Below the pieces are notes generated by a model. It searched no databases, was not told where the DNA came from, and worked only from the letters and a program-made list of their open reading frames with translations. Shown one piece after another: positions 18,203 through 27,447 of a stretch of 64,000 nucleotides of DNA; position 1 is the first letter of the stretch, and each line of letters begins with the position of its first letter. A program made the position numbers and the translations under genes. This DNA is from Anaerolineae bacterium (GTDB taxonomy: Bacteria > Chloroflexota > Anaerolineae > S140-20), in assembly GCA_027021705.1 (NCBI GenBank), contig JALUTT010000073.1, forward strand, positions 37,993-101,992. The letters are read 5' to 3'.

Positions 18203-18231
18203 TTGACACAGAACAAATGTTCTGGTATCAT
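18203..18231 (+). promoter_or_regulatory. Sigma70 promoter with a LexA (SOS) box in the spacer
   Basis: TTGACA-17nt-TATCAT with extended TG. The spacer contains CAGAAC-AAAT-GTTCTG (18209-18224), i.e. GAAC-N4-GTTC. Confidence 0.82.
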
Positions 18232-18293
18232 GTAGCCAGCCCCTTCCACCGCGTGACAGGCAACCCGCCATACGCATCGCCCGAGGTGTTCCG

Positions 18294-19319
18294 ATGGCCC
18301 GCAAGACCAACCGTCAGCTCCTAGAGCTCCAGGCCGATCGCATCGAGATGGTCCTGGCCCGGCACAGGGCTCCCGCTCGCGTCGCCGGCGGTGTCGTCAC
18401 CCCCCGCTGGGTCCGCTTCCACCTGCTCCCCGCCCTGGGGACCTCCCTGGCCCGCATCAAGCGCCTCTCCGAGGAGCTGGCTCTCGCCCTGGGTGCCCCC
18501 GCCTGCCGCATCAGTCGCCGGGGAGAGCAGTTGGCCCTGGAGGTTCCCCGTCCCGACCCCCAGCCGGTGCGGCTGCTCCCTTTGCTCCGCTCCCTGGCCC
18601 CCCTCCCCTTTGGCACGGCCCTGCTGGGGCTGGCCGAGGATGGCGCTCCCCTGCTGCTCCGCTTCCCCTCCCCCGACGTGACCCACGTCCTGGTGGCCGG
18701 CACCACGGGGTCGGGCAAGACGGCCCTCCTGCGGACCATCATCCTCTCCCTGGCCCTGAGCCACCGGCCCCGCGAGTGGGGCTTCGTCTTGGTAGATCCG
18801 AAGGGCCGGGCCTTCGAGGGGCTGGCGGGGCTGCCCCACCTGGTGAGGCCCATCATTCGGGAGGTGGACGACGCCCAGAGCGTGCTGGAGGAGGTGGTCG
18901 AGCTGATGGAGCGGCGAGATCGGGAAGGGGTGGCGGAGCCCCGGCTGCTGGTCGTGGTGGACGAACTGGCGGACCTGCTGCTGGTGGGGAGACGGGGAGG
19001 GAGGGGACAGCCATCGGTGTTGCCCCTCCTGGTGCGGCTGGCCCAGCGAGGACGGGAGGCCGGGGTACACCTGCTGGTGGCGACCCAGAAACCGTCGGCG
19101 GCGGTGGTGGGGACGCTGTTGCGGGCCAACTTCCCGGTGCGGCTGGTAGGACGGGTGGCAAGCTCGGAGGATGCGCGGGTGGCGGCGGGGCGCGGGGGCA
19201 CCGGGGCGGAGCGGTTGCTGGGACGGGGGGACTTCCTGGCGGTGGCAGGCGGGCAGGTGGTGCGCTTCCAGGCAGCCTACGTAGGGCAGGACGAGATTCG
19301 CCGGTTCGGAGGTGCGTGA
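18294..19319 (+). CDS. Minimal FtsK/SpoIIIE-family ATPase (alpha + motor domains; no TM anchor or gamma domain)
   Basis: FtsK alpha-like N-terminus (LALALG...LEVP), HVLVAGTTGSGKT, LVDPKG, VVVDELADL, GREAGVHLLVATQKP and GAERLLGRGDFL. Confidence 0.9.
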   Translation: MARKTNRQLLELQADRIEMVLARHRAPARVAGGVVTPRWVRFHLLPALGTSLARIKRLSEELALALGAPACRISRRGEQLALEVPRPDPQPVRLLPLLRSLAPLPFGTALLGLAEDGAPLLLRFPSPDVTHVLVAGTTGSGKTALLRTIILSLALSHRPREWGFVLVDPKGRAFEGLAGLPHLVRPIIREVDDAQSVLEEVVELMERRDREGVAEPRLLVVVDELADLLLVGRRGGRGQPSVLPLLVRLAQRGREAGVHLLVATQKPSAAVVGTLLRANFPVRLVGRVASSEDARVAAGRGGTGAERLLGRGDFLAVAGGQVVRFQAAYVGQDEIRRFGGA

Positions 19320-19382
19320 TGAGCATCCTGGGCACGCCACGCAATGCGCCTGGCGCGACTGGAATAGGAGGCGTAACTGTTC

Positions 19383-19479
19383 ACCCTCCCGCAGGCTGGG
19401 CGCGTTTCCGACGCGAAACCGTGCTTCAAATAGCCCATCGGGGCTGCAAGCGCCCTCGACCGGTGACCTGCGGGAGGGT
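19383..19479. repeat. Inverted-repeat element family B, copy 1
   Basis: ACCCTCCCGCAGG...CCTGCGGGAGGGT ends, shared with 40047..40141 and 54333..54428. Confidence 0.75.
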
Positions 19480-19508
19480 AGGCTGAATAGATACGAGGAG
19501 GCGGTGCG

Positions 19509-19889
19509 ATGAAGGTGAGCCACTGGCTGGCATTGATGGGCCTGGCCTTCGCCCTGGCCCTGGGGGTAGTGGCGGGGATGCGGATGGAGCAGGAGGCACT
19601 GACGGTGATGATGGGGGTGGGGTGCGGGGTGGGGGCGGGGATCCCCACAGGATTGCTGGTGTGGATGGTCGCGCGAGGGCGGGAACGGCGGGGGGAGCGG
19701 GCTACCTTTCCGGCGGCTCCGGCGTCGCCGCCGGTGGTGGTGATCGCGCCGCCGGGGGGACAGCCACGGCAGTCCCGGACAAACTGGTCCGATGGCTATC
19801 CGGCGGCCTACCCGGAGACGCCGTCCTCAGCCCCTCGCCAATTCCTGGTCATCGGTGAGGACGAGGAGGTGGAGCCATGGGTGCGTTGA
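19509..19889 (+). CDS. Small membrane protein (2 TM, Pro-rich linker, acidic C-terminus)
   Basis: SD GAGGAGG. Two hydrophobic helices, PPVVVIAPP and terminal PRQFLVIGEDEE. Confidence 0.75.
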   Translation: MKVSHWLALMGLAFALALGVVAGMRMEQEALTVMMGVGCGVGAGIPTGLLVWMVARGRERRGERATFPAAPASPPVVVIAPPGGQPRQSRTNWSDGYPAAYPETPSSAPRQFLVIGEDEEVEPWVR

Positions 19890-20131
19890 TCCGTGTCGGA
19901 TGGATGTGGGTGGACAACCGCCGGGATCAGAACTTGCAGGAGAAGGTGCTGGCTGGCGCCCAGCGCTACCGGAGCAAGTTCGGACGGTCTCCCAATATTT
20001 GTTATGTCAATGCCTCGCTCCTCAACCAACCGGAGGTTGAGTGTCAGGGCGTGCGGATCATTGGAGCTTCCAACATCCCTCGCCATCACTTCTGGATGGG
20101 CGTAGTGGAAGAAGAGTCTGTGGCTCATTGA
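19877..20131 (+). CDS. Hypothetical protein (84 aa)
   Basis: Overlaps the upstream stop, has a SD and a globular-looking composition (WMWVDN...RYRSKFGRSPNICYVN...HHFWMG). Confidence 0.72.
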   Translation: MGALIRVGWMWVDNRRDQNLQEKVLAGAQRYRSKFGRSPNICYVNASLLNQPEVECQGVRIIGASNIPRHHFWMGVVEEESVAH

Positions 20132-20163
20132 TGCTGCTGGGAACCCAGGGAGGAGGGTGAGAC

Positions 20164-20778
20164 GTGCCCAAAACCGACTTTAAGAGGGAGATGAAGCACC
20201 TTTACAGGGCCTCGGCAAGGCGGGTCTCCGTTGTCGAGGTGCCCCCCTTGAACTTCCTAATGATAGATGGCCGTGGTGATCCCAACACCTCGCCCGAATA
20301 TGCCGAGGCCATCGAAGCCCTATACGCCGTCGCCTATGCGCTCAAGTTCAGGGTCAAGCGGGGCCGAGGCGTTGATTACGTCGTGATGCCCCTGGAGGGG
20401 CTCTGGTGGACCGATGATCCGGCCCACTTCGATATGGACAACCGAGAGATGTGGAACTGGACGGCGATGATTATGCAGCCGGAGTACGTGACCGAGGAGA
20501 TGTATGAGGAGGTGGTGGCGGAAGTGAGGAAGAAGAAGGCCCTCGGAGCCTTGGACAGGATGCGGCTGGAGACCTACCACGAGGGGTTGTCCGTGCAGGT
20601 CCTGCACGTAGGCCCCTACGCGGCTGAGGGTCCGACCATCGCCCGGCTGCACGCCTACATCCGAGAGCAGGGCTATCGGCCCAGCGGGAAGCACCACGAA
20701 ATCTACCTGAGCGATCCCCGGAGGACGGCACCGGAGAGGCTGAAGACGATCCTCCGGCAGCCCGTCCAGGTGGGGTGA
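20164..20778 (+). CDS. GyrI-like small-molecule-binding domain protein
   Basis: FLMIDGRGDPN, YVVMPLEGLWW, HVGPY and HHEIYLSDPRRTAPERLKTILRQPV motifs. Confidence 0.9.
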   Translation: MPKTDFKREMKHLYRASARRVSVVEVPPLNFLMIDGRGDPNTSPEYAEAIEALYAVAYALKFRVKRGRGVDYVVMPLEGLWWTDDPAHFDMDNREMWNWTAMIMQPEYVTEEMYEEVVAEVRKKKALGALDRMRLETYHEGLSVQVLHVGPYAAEGPTIARLHAYIREQGYRPSGKHHEIYLSDPRRTAPERLKTILRQPVQVG

Positions 20779-20808
20779 GGGAGTCCACCTGCTTTCGCGA
20801 TCGGGTCC

Positions 20809-21471
20809 TCACCCTAGCAGGTTCAGGACGAGGACGGAGAGGGCCGGCACTGTCAGGTTGTCCACCCCCCAGGGGGACAGGGCTTCGGTGATGGTGGCGA
20901 CCAGGGCGGTCACCGCCGCTGCCCCTAGCGCCGCGCCCGCGGAGAGGGTCGAGGCGGGAAGCCCCCAGAGGGGCAGGAAGGTGGCTACCAAGCTGGCCAG
21001 GAACATCGTCAGGGAGCCCTCCAGCGTGCGCCGGCGGCCCAGGACGGTGTAGACCCGCTGCCCCCTCCGCTGACCGACGACGGCGGCCAGGGCATCTCCC
21101 CAGGTCATCGGCATCAGCGAGGCCACCAGCAGGTGGGGCTGCTCCCACAGCAGCCAGATCACCGCAGCAAAGGAGAGGGGGAAGTAGATCGTCCCCAGTT
21201 GCCCCCGCTCCCCCGTCTCCATCGCCTTGAAGGTTTGCTGACGGTAGGAGATGGCGTTGATGACGACGAAGGAGAGGGGCGGGATGATGGCCCAGGCCCG
21301 GTCGGCGAAGAGCCAGACGGTGCCGTAGGCCCACATCCCCACACCGATGTGGATGAACTTGCGGGTGAAGTCGGTGGAGTAACCCCGGGCGCGCCGCAGT
21401 AACTCACCCAGGCCGATGATCCCGAAGACGTAGACGTAGGAGAGGATCAGCGCCAGCAGGTTTTGGTTCAT
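20809..21471 (-). CDS. SEC59/DGK1/VTE5-like polyprenol (phytol/dolichol) kinase family membrane protein
   Basis: TRKFIHIG, WGDALAAVVG, RTLEGSLTMF and DNLTVP motifs. Multi-TM. Confidence 0.85.
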   Translation of the reverse strand: MNQNLLALILSYVYVFGIIGLGELLRRARGYSTDFTRKFIHIGVGMWAYGTVWLFADRAWAIIPPLSFVVINAISYRQQTFKAMETGERGQLGTIYFPLSFAAVIWLLWEQPHLLVASLMPMTWGDALAAVVGQRRGQRVYTVLGRRRTLEGSLTMFLASLVATFLPLWGLPASTLSAGAALGAAAVTALVATITEALSPWGVDNLTVPALSVLVLNLLG

Positions 21472-21482
21472 TGGGCCTCCCC

Positions 21483-22433
21483 TTAGATGACCAGCTGGTC
21501 ATAAAGTTTCTCTAGGCTCAGTTCCGGGTAGACCGTCTCGCGGCACTGGAGGGTGAGGGCGGCGGCCGAGACACCCAGGCGGACGGCCTCGCCCACGGGG
21601 AACCCCTCCATCAGCCCGAAGATGACAGCCGCGGTCAACGCATCCCCGGCTCCTGTGAAATCCACGACCTCGATGTCCAGGGCAGGGATGTGGCCGCTCT
21701 CGTCGGAGGTGGCATAGCAGAGCCCCCGTTCCGCCATCGTGATGATGGCTAGGTCCACGCCCATAGCGACCAGCCGTTGGGCGGCAGCGATGGCGTCGTC
21801 CCGGCCCTGGATGGGACGGTCCTGGAGCAGGGCTTCGGCTTCGGTGACGTTGGGGGTGAGGATGAAGAGTCGGTCCAAGTAAGGGTGCAGGCGGGGGGCC
21901 AGCCCCACGGCCGTTGGGTCGGCGCAGACGGGCCGTTGGTACTGCTCCGCCAGGCGGAAGAGGGTCTTCAGCGCGGCGGGTGTCAGGTTGGCATCCACCA
22001 CCACCAGGCTGGCGTCCCGGAAGAGACGGCGGTGGTCGTACAGGTAGCGGGGGGTCAGTTGCTGGAGGATGGCCATATCGTCAATGGAGAGGACGGGCAG
22101 CCCCCGCTCGTCCAGGACGGCCAGGTAAGCCCCGGTGCGGGCATCGGGGGCGATGAGGACGTGGGAGGTGTCCACACCGCTCTGAGCAGCCTGGTTGATC
22201 AGTCGGCGGCCGGCCTCGTCATCGCCCACTGCTGAGAGGAGCACCGTGGAGACGCCCAGCCGGGCCAGGTTCTCGGCGATGTTGCGCCCCACCCCACCGA
22301 CGCTGGTGCGGATGCGCCCCTGGTTGGAGGTACCGGACTGGAGGGGGCCGGCGGCGTAGCCCTTGATGTCCAGAGCGGCCGCGCCGACCACCAGGACGTG
22401 TCCATCCCGATCCAGCATCTCTGCGCTCTGCAT
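21483..22433 (-). CDS. PfkB-family carbohydrate kinase (pseudouridine kinase-like)
   Basis: GGVGRNIAENLARLG, VGDD, PNVTEA and VDFTGAGD motifs. SD-preceded ATG at 22433. Confidence 0.9.
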   Translation of the reverse strand: MQSAEMLDRDGHVLVVGAAALDIKGYAAGPLQSGTSNQGRIRTSVGGVGRNIAENLARLGVSTVLLSAVGDDEAGRRLINQAAQSGVDTSHVLIAPDARTGAYLAVLDERGLPVLSIDDMAILQQLTPRYLYDHRRLFRDASLVVVDANLTPAALKTLFRLAEQYQRPVCADPTAVGLAPRLHPYLDRLFILTPNVTEAEALLQDRPIQGRDDAIAAAQRLVAMGVDLAIITMAERGLCYATSDESGHIPALDIEVVDFTGAGDALTAAVIFGLMEGFPVGEAVRLGVSAAALTLQCRETVYPELSLEKLYDQLVI

Positions 22434-22630
22434 CCTCTTCTCCTTGCGGATGAGCCAATGATCCTTGGCTTGGTTGGCGGTGCCATTGAGCCGGCACAAT
22501 ATCAAGGACTTCGGCGATCTAGTTCCGTTTAGAACGGAAAAGCCCCAGGTGCTTTCGTGCTAGCATACTTCTTGAGAAGGTGTTGAGAACAGGGTAAGAC
22601 AGCATCTGTTGTCGGATCGGGAGGTAAAAG

Positions 22631-22951
22631 GTGAACGTTCCCGTTATTGAGAAAGAAGAGGTTAGGAACCTACTTCTAGCCATTGAAGGGGCTGCCCGGC
22701 GTCTAAGCGAGATCGCCCCTACCTCACCAGAAGTTGCGTTCTATCTGGAGGGGTTCCGCGCCGCATTGATGCTGGTCGCTGTAGGTTTGGGGATTCCCCT
22801 GGACTTTCCCCAGCCTGCTCCTATGTCAGAGCGTCTCTGGCAGGAGGTGGTCACCGTCCTTACTCCACCGGATGGGGGGAAGACAGTCCGGTTTAAGGAG
22901 GGCACATCTCCTTCTCGAGCCGAGGAGCTCCATAGCAAGGGCGGGGAATGA
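22631..22951 (+). CDS. Hypothetical protein
   Basis: SD GGAGGT before GTG. 106-aa ORF in an otherwise empty interval. Confidence 0.6.
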   Translation: MNVPVIEKEEVRNLLLAIEGAARRLSEIAPTSPEVAFYLEGFRAALMLVAVGLGIPLDFPQPAPMSERLWQEVVTVLTPPDGGKTVRFKEGTSPSRAEELHSKGGE

Positions 22952-22996
22952 TGCAGCTCTGTGCGCTGGGTGCAATTTGTCAAGCCGTCTGTCGGG

Positions 22997-24088
22997 TCAG
23001 CCTTGTCCCTCTAAGGCAAGATGGATGTGCTTTAAAGTCTCCACAGGGAGGTAAATCTTCGTGGCCGGGTCCTTGGCAATCGCCTCCAGGATCTCCAGAG
23101 CCCGGATGCGCACGATATTGTCCATAGCCTCTTCTCCGGCTCGCCCTTGCGCCTGCAGCAATCGGGCTATGGCGAGAGTGTTCTCCTGCCATGCCCTAGC
23201 CTGCCATTGAGCAGCCCAGGCTTCAACGTAGCGCCGCACCGCTGCATCCGGTATCTCCAGCGTTCCGAAAGAGACAAAGAGCACTTCCACTCCTAGTGGG
23301 CGGACAGTCCTGTAGACCTGTGCTCTCAGTTCCTTCATAAAACGTGGGCGCGGGGGGGTTCCCTGGCGAGATGGATCGTAAAGCTCGTCAAGGGTGTGTT
23401 GGGCGATCAATTCTCGTACAGTTCCCTGGACAATCTTGATCACTCGTTCATGCCAAGGGGAGGGGCCAGCGTCGGTCACGCTCTTGCTGTAGACTGCCTG
23501 CAAGACAGCCCGCCTAGAAAAGGGGTAAAGTCCTTCGTCCGTTGGGTTCCTGCCCCCCCGGGCGATGCGGAATCCCACGGCACAATCTACTTTCACTGGG
23601 ATGCCGTCCCGTGTCGTCGCTTTTACCTTGTCGGTGCGAACCTGCTGCCGCAGGTCCACCGCCTCGATGATCTGCTCCCCAGGAGCCAGGAAGTGAGAGC
23701 CCGGCCCTCGGACGTTGGGCTTCCCCCCCTTCTCCGTGACCACGGCGGTGTCGGCGGCGACTTTCATTATGCCTGGTCCTCCCATCTTGAGCATCGGCTT
23801 GTCCTTGGCCGGCTGGGGAAGCTTTCCCTCCTTTATGGATAAGGTGGCGAACTGGATGTTGTAAAGGAAGGAGAGCAGGGCTCGAAACGCATAGGTCCGC
23901 TTGGGCAGATCAAAGGCGTGGTAGATGAACTGGGAGCACCAGAAGACCGTGCCCAGCCAGACGACCGGCACCAGGATACCTCCTATCAATCCGTCCGTCT
24001 TCGCCCCAAGCAACGTTAGGCCCACCAGCGTTGAAACAAGGAAGAGATACCCAGGTCCTTCCAGGAGAGTGCGTATGATCTTGAACAT
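22997..24088 (-). CDS. SPFH/band-7 domain membrane protein
   Basis: N-terminal TMs, VRGPG, VDLRQQVR, TRDGIPV and a coiled C-terminus. Confidence 0.85.
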   Translation of the reverse strand: MFKIIRTLLEGPGYLFLVSTLVGLTLLGAKTDGLIGGILVPVVWLGTVFWCSQFIYHAFDLPKRTYAFRALLSFLYNIQFATLSIKEGKLPQPAKDKPMLKMGGPGIMKVAADTAVVTEKGGKPNVRGPGSHFLAPGEQIIEAVDLRQQVRTDKVKATTRDGIPVKVDCAVGFRIARGGRNPTDEGLYPFSRRAVLQAVYSKSVTDAGPSPWHERVIKIVQGTVRELIAQHTLDELYDPSRQGTPPRPRFMKELRAQVYRTVRPLGVEVLFVSFGTLEIPDAAVRRYVEAWAAQWQARAWQENTLAIARLLQAQGRAGEEAMDNIVRIRALEILEAIAKDPATKIYLPVETLKHIHLALEGQG

Positions 24089-24166
24089 TACCTCACCCCC
24101 TCTCGTGCGTCCCGAATAGGCCCTCTGGTTGAAAGAAGCTGGCTATATATTACCACTGAATGCGTC

Positions 24167-24199
24167 AAAAGAAAAGCCGCCCCTCCCGGAAGGGGCGGC
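24167..24199 (-). terminator. Intrinsic terminator
   Basis: GCCGCCCCT/AGGGGCGGC stem followed by TTTTCTTTT on the minus strand. Confidence 0.75.
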
Positions 24200-24296
24200 C
24201 CATCTGGCGGCGACGTGAAGGGATCGTTGTCCTGTTGGCAATCCCGACTGACCATCCCCGCTCTGGTGACCTCCGTGGTTTGCCCTTCTGGCTTGT

Positions 24297-24500
24297 CTAG
24301 AGGACCAGCACGAGGGTCAGGGCGACGACCAGAACGGTCAGTGCCAGGATACCCAGAACCCCTGGTTCTCCACCCGCTTCGGCCATCCTCTCATCGGCAT
24401 CGGCGACGAAGGCGTCAAAGCACGCTGACGGGATGAATCGAGGCAGGGTGACTGACAGGATCGTTAGAATCCCCGCGAGAATCCACACGGACCCAGCCAT
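24297..24500 (-). CDS. Small two-TM hypothetical protein
   Basis: Strong SD AGGAGGT, two hydrophobic segments and a downstream terminator. Confidence 0.6.
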   Translation of the reverse strand: MAGSVWILAGILTILSVTLPRFIPSACFDAFVADADERMAEAGGEPGVLGILALTVLVVALTLVLVL

Positions 24501-24815
24501 TCTTGACCTCCTTAGCCTACACGACCTACACGCGATTCTACCTGTTCAGTCAACCTATGGAAGCCTCATCTCCTCTAGGGATGATTCTAACTCAATCGCT
24601 GTCCACAAGATATGAGCCGAATCATCCCAATCTCTTGATCTCCTTCACTATTTTAACAGAAGCTTTGAAGACAGTCCTGGCATTTCGTAGGCATCTGTCT
24701 GCCAGAAGCCTGGCATCCCTGGCATCCCAGGTCATCGGACCGACGCCGGATAGGACCGGGGCTGGGCAGAGAGGTGCTTTCTGGGTATAATGGTCGGGTC
24801 AATGGGGGAGAGGAG

Positions 24816-25688
24816 ATGGAGTCCTGGCTGACCTATCATCGGATCTTCTTCGATTGTGATAGTACGCTGACGGCGATCGAAGGCATTGATGAACTGGCCC
24901 GGATGCAGGGCAAAGAGGCCGAGATCGCAGCCCTCACCCAGCAGGCGATGGAGGGGAAGATCGCCCTGGAGACGGTCTACGCCCGCCGGCTGCGGCTCCT
25001 CCGCCCCACCCGAGGCCAGCTCCGGGAGGTGGCTGCCCTCTACAAGCGCCATCTGGTGGCCGATGCAGAAGCCACTGTCGCAGCGCTCCGGTTCCTGGGA
25101 TTGCAGCCCTGCATCGTCAGTGGTGGGTTGATCGAGGCGGTGGTTGCCCTGGGCCGACACCTGGGCATCCCATCGGCCTGTGTCCGGGCGGTGGAGATCG
25201 AGTACGACCAATTGGCCGGCCGCTGGTGGGCCCCCTACCTCCATCCGGGTGGGGTGAACCTCGATGAACGGTATCTGGACCACCGAGAGGGCCCGCTGAC
25301 GAAGACGGAGGGCAAGTCAGAGGTGGTTCGCCGGATGGCTCGACCTTGGGAACGGACGATGTTGATAGGCGATGGAGTGTCGGACCTGGCCGCCCGCTCC
25401 GCCGTGGACCTCTTCGTGGGATTCGGCGGGGTTGTCCGACGAGAACGGGTTGCTGCCGAAGCGGCAATCTACATCACCGCTCCCAGCCTGGCCCCTGTGC
25501 TGCCCCTGGCTGCCGGCCCTCGGGGCTACCTCCGCTGTCGGAATACGCCACACCAGGAGGTCTTCGAGCGGGGGCTGGCGATCATCCGGGACGGAGGGGT
25601 GATCTTCAACGAGACCCGGTACCGCCGTCGGTTCGCGAGGGCCTACGCGGACGTGCTGGGGGAGAGAACACTGCGGGAGCGGCCGTGA
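24816..25688 (+). CDS. HAD-IB phosphoserine phosphatase-like protein
   Basis: FDCDSTL, EGIDELA, VSGG and IGDGVSDL motifs. SD GAGGAG. TATAAT at 24786. Confidence 0.88.
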   Translation: MESWLTYHRIFFDCDSTLTAIEGIDELARMQGKEAEIAALTQQAMEGKIALETVYARRLRLLRPTRGQLREVAALYKRHLVADAEATVAALRFLGLQPCIVSGGLIEAVVALGRHLGIPSACVRAVEIEYDQLAGRWWAPYLHPGGVNLDERYLDHREGPLTKTEGKSEVVRRMARPWERTMLIGDGVSDLAARSAVDLFVGFGGVVRRERVAAEAAIYITAPSLAPVLPLAAGPRGYLRCRNTPHQEVFERGLAIIRDGGVIFNETRYRRRFARAYADVLGERTLRERP

Positions 25689-25718
25689 GCCGCCCAAGGA
25701 ATTCGGCAGGAGGATGCG

Positions 25719-27065
25719 ATGGCGGATGGGGTGTTGCGGGTGCGTCCGGGCCGACCGCTGGTAGGGCAACTCACCCCACCGGGGGACAAGTCCATCTCCC
25801 ACCGGGCGGTGATGCTGGCCTCTCTGGCCTCCGGCGAGAGTCGGATCCGAGGATGGCTGGACGCCGGCGACACCCGGGCGACGCTGGAGGCGCTGGAAGC
25901 GATGGGCGTTCCCATCGCCGTGATCCGGCGTGCGGCCGGCGCGGCCGACCTGACGGTGCAGGGGGTGGGGTTGCGGGGATTGCACCCCCCTGCACGGCCC
26001 CTTCACTGCCGTCGCTCGGGCACGACGATGCGGTTGCTGGCCGGCCTCCTGGCCGGTCAGCCTTTCCCCAGCCTGCTCGACGGCGATCCCCAACTGCGCC
26101 GCCGGCCGATGCGTCGGGTCACTTTGCCCTTGCGCCAGATGGGAGCCGAGGTCCAGGACGAGGAGGGGCACGCCCCGCTGCGCATCCGAGGAGGACGTTT
26201 GCAGGGTATCACCTACGCGATGCCGGTGGCCAGTGCCCAGGTGAAGAGCGCCCTGCTCCTGGCCGGCCTCTACGCCGACGGCCCCACCACCGTCCACCAG
26301 CCCGGCCCCAGCCGGGATCACACGGAACGGATGCTGGCCGCGATGGGCGTAGAGGTCCAAGTCGCCGGCCTGACGGTGACCCTCTACCCGCCGACGGCTC
26401 CCCTGGCCCCTCTGGACCTGACCGTGCCCGGCGACTTCTCCTCGGCCGCCTTCCCCCTGGTGGCAGCCCTCCTGGTGCCCGGTTCCCGGCTGCTCCTGCA
26501 GGGGGTGAACCTCAACCCCACCCGGACGGGGCTGCTGGAGGTCCTGCGGGAGATGGGGGCCGAGATCGTCGAGAGGGCGGTGCGCCAGGAGGGCGGGGAG
26601 CCTGTCGCCGACCTGGAGGTCCGGCCCTCGCCGCTGCGGGCGACCACGGTGGCCGGTGAGCGGGTCGTGCGCATGATTGACGAGTTCCCCATCTTCGCCG
26701 TGGCCGCCACCCAGGCCCTCGGGGAGACGGTGGTCCGGGATGCGGCCGAGCTCCGGGTCAAGGAGGTGGACCGGATCGCCGTCCTCGTCCGGGAGCTGCG
26801 CAAGATGGGAGCGGCCATCACCGAGCGGCCCGACGGCTTCATCGTGCGGGGACCTGCGCCGCTGCGGGGCGCTGAGGTGGACAGCCACGGCGACCATCGG
26901 CTGGCGATGGCCTTAGGGGTGGCCGGCCTCCTAGCCGAAGGGGAGACAATCGTCCGGAGGGCCGAGGCCATCGGCGATAGCTACCCCGGCTTCGTCGAGG
27001 CGATGCAAGCCTTGGGGGCTGGGATGGAGAGACTGGGATGGAGAGACCCTGAAGGAGGCGGTTGA
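25719..27065 (+). CDS. aroA: 3-phosphoshikimate 1-carboxyvinyltransferase
   Basis: PGDKSISHRA, SAQVKSA, SRDHTERML, ELRVKEVDRI and DHRLAM motifs. Confidence 0.97.
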   Translation: MADGVLRVRPGRPLVGQLTPPGDKSISHRAVMLASLASGESRIRGWLDAGDTRATLEALEAMGVPIAVIRRAAGAADLTVQGVGLRGLHPPARPLHCRRSGTTMRLLAGLLAGQPFPSLLDGDPQLRRRPMRRVTLPLRQMGAEVQDEEGHAPLRIRGGRLQGITYAMPVASAQVKSALLLAGLYADGPTTVHQPGPSRDHTERMLAAMGVEVQVAGLTVTLYPPTAPLAPLDLTVPGDFSSAAFPLVAALLVPGSRLLLQGVNLNPTRTGLLEVLREMGAEIVERAVRQEGGEPVADLEVRPSPLRATTVAGERVVRMIDEFPIFAVAATQALGETVVRDAAELRVKEVDRIAVLVRELRKMGAAITERPDGFIVRGPAPLRGAEVDSHGDHRLAMALGVAGLLAEGETIVRRAEAIGDSYPGFVEAMQALGAGMERLGWRDPEGGG

Positions 27066-27430
27066 TGCGGGACTACATCGAGGTCCACGACCTGCTGGTG
27101 CGGATGGTCATCGGCGTGAGCGAGTGGGAGCGCCGGGACCGCCAGGATGTGCTCATCAACCTGCGCCTCTACACCGACACCCGGCCGGCCGGCGAGAGCG
27201 ACGAGATCGAGAAGGCGCTGAACTACCGCACGGTGACCAAGCGGGTTATCGCCCTGGCCGAATCCTCCCGCTTCTTCCTGGTGGAGGCGCTGGCCGAGGC
27301 CATCGCCCGCCTCTGCATCCAGGAGTTCGGCGTGCCTAAGGTCCGGGTCCGGGTGGAGAAGCCGGGGGCCCTGCGCTTCGCCCGCTCGGTGAGCGTGACC
27401 ATTGAGCGAAAGCGGGAGGATTACCGGTAA
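27065..27430 (+). CDS. folB: Dihydroneopterin aldolase/epimerase
   Basis: IGVSEWER, LNYRTV, LVEALAE and VEKPGAL motifs. Confidence 0.93.
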   Translation: MRDYIEVHDLLVRMVIGVSEWERRDRQDVLINLRLYTDTRPAGESDEIEKALNYRTVTKRVIALAESSRFFLVEALAEAIARLCIQEFGVPKVRVRVEKPGALRFARSVSVTIERKREDYR

Positions 27431-27447
27431 GAAGTCGGGGGGTCAGG

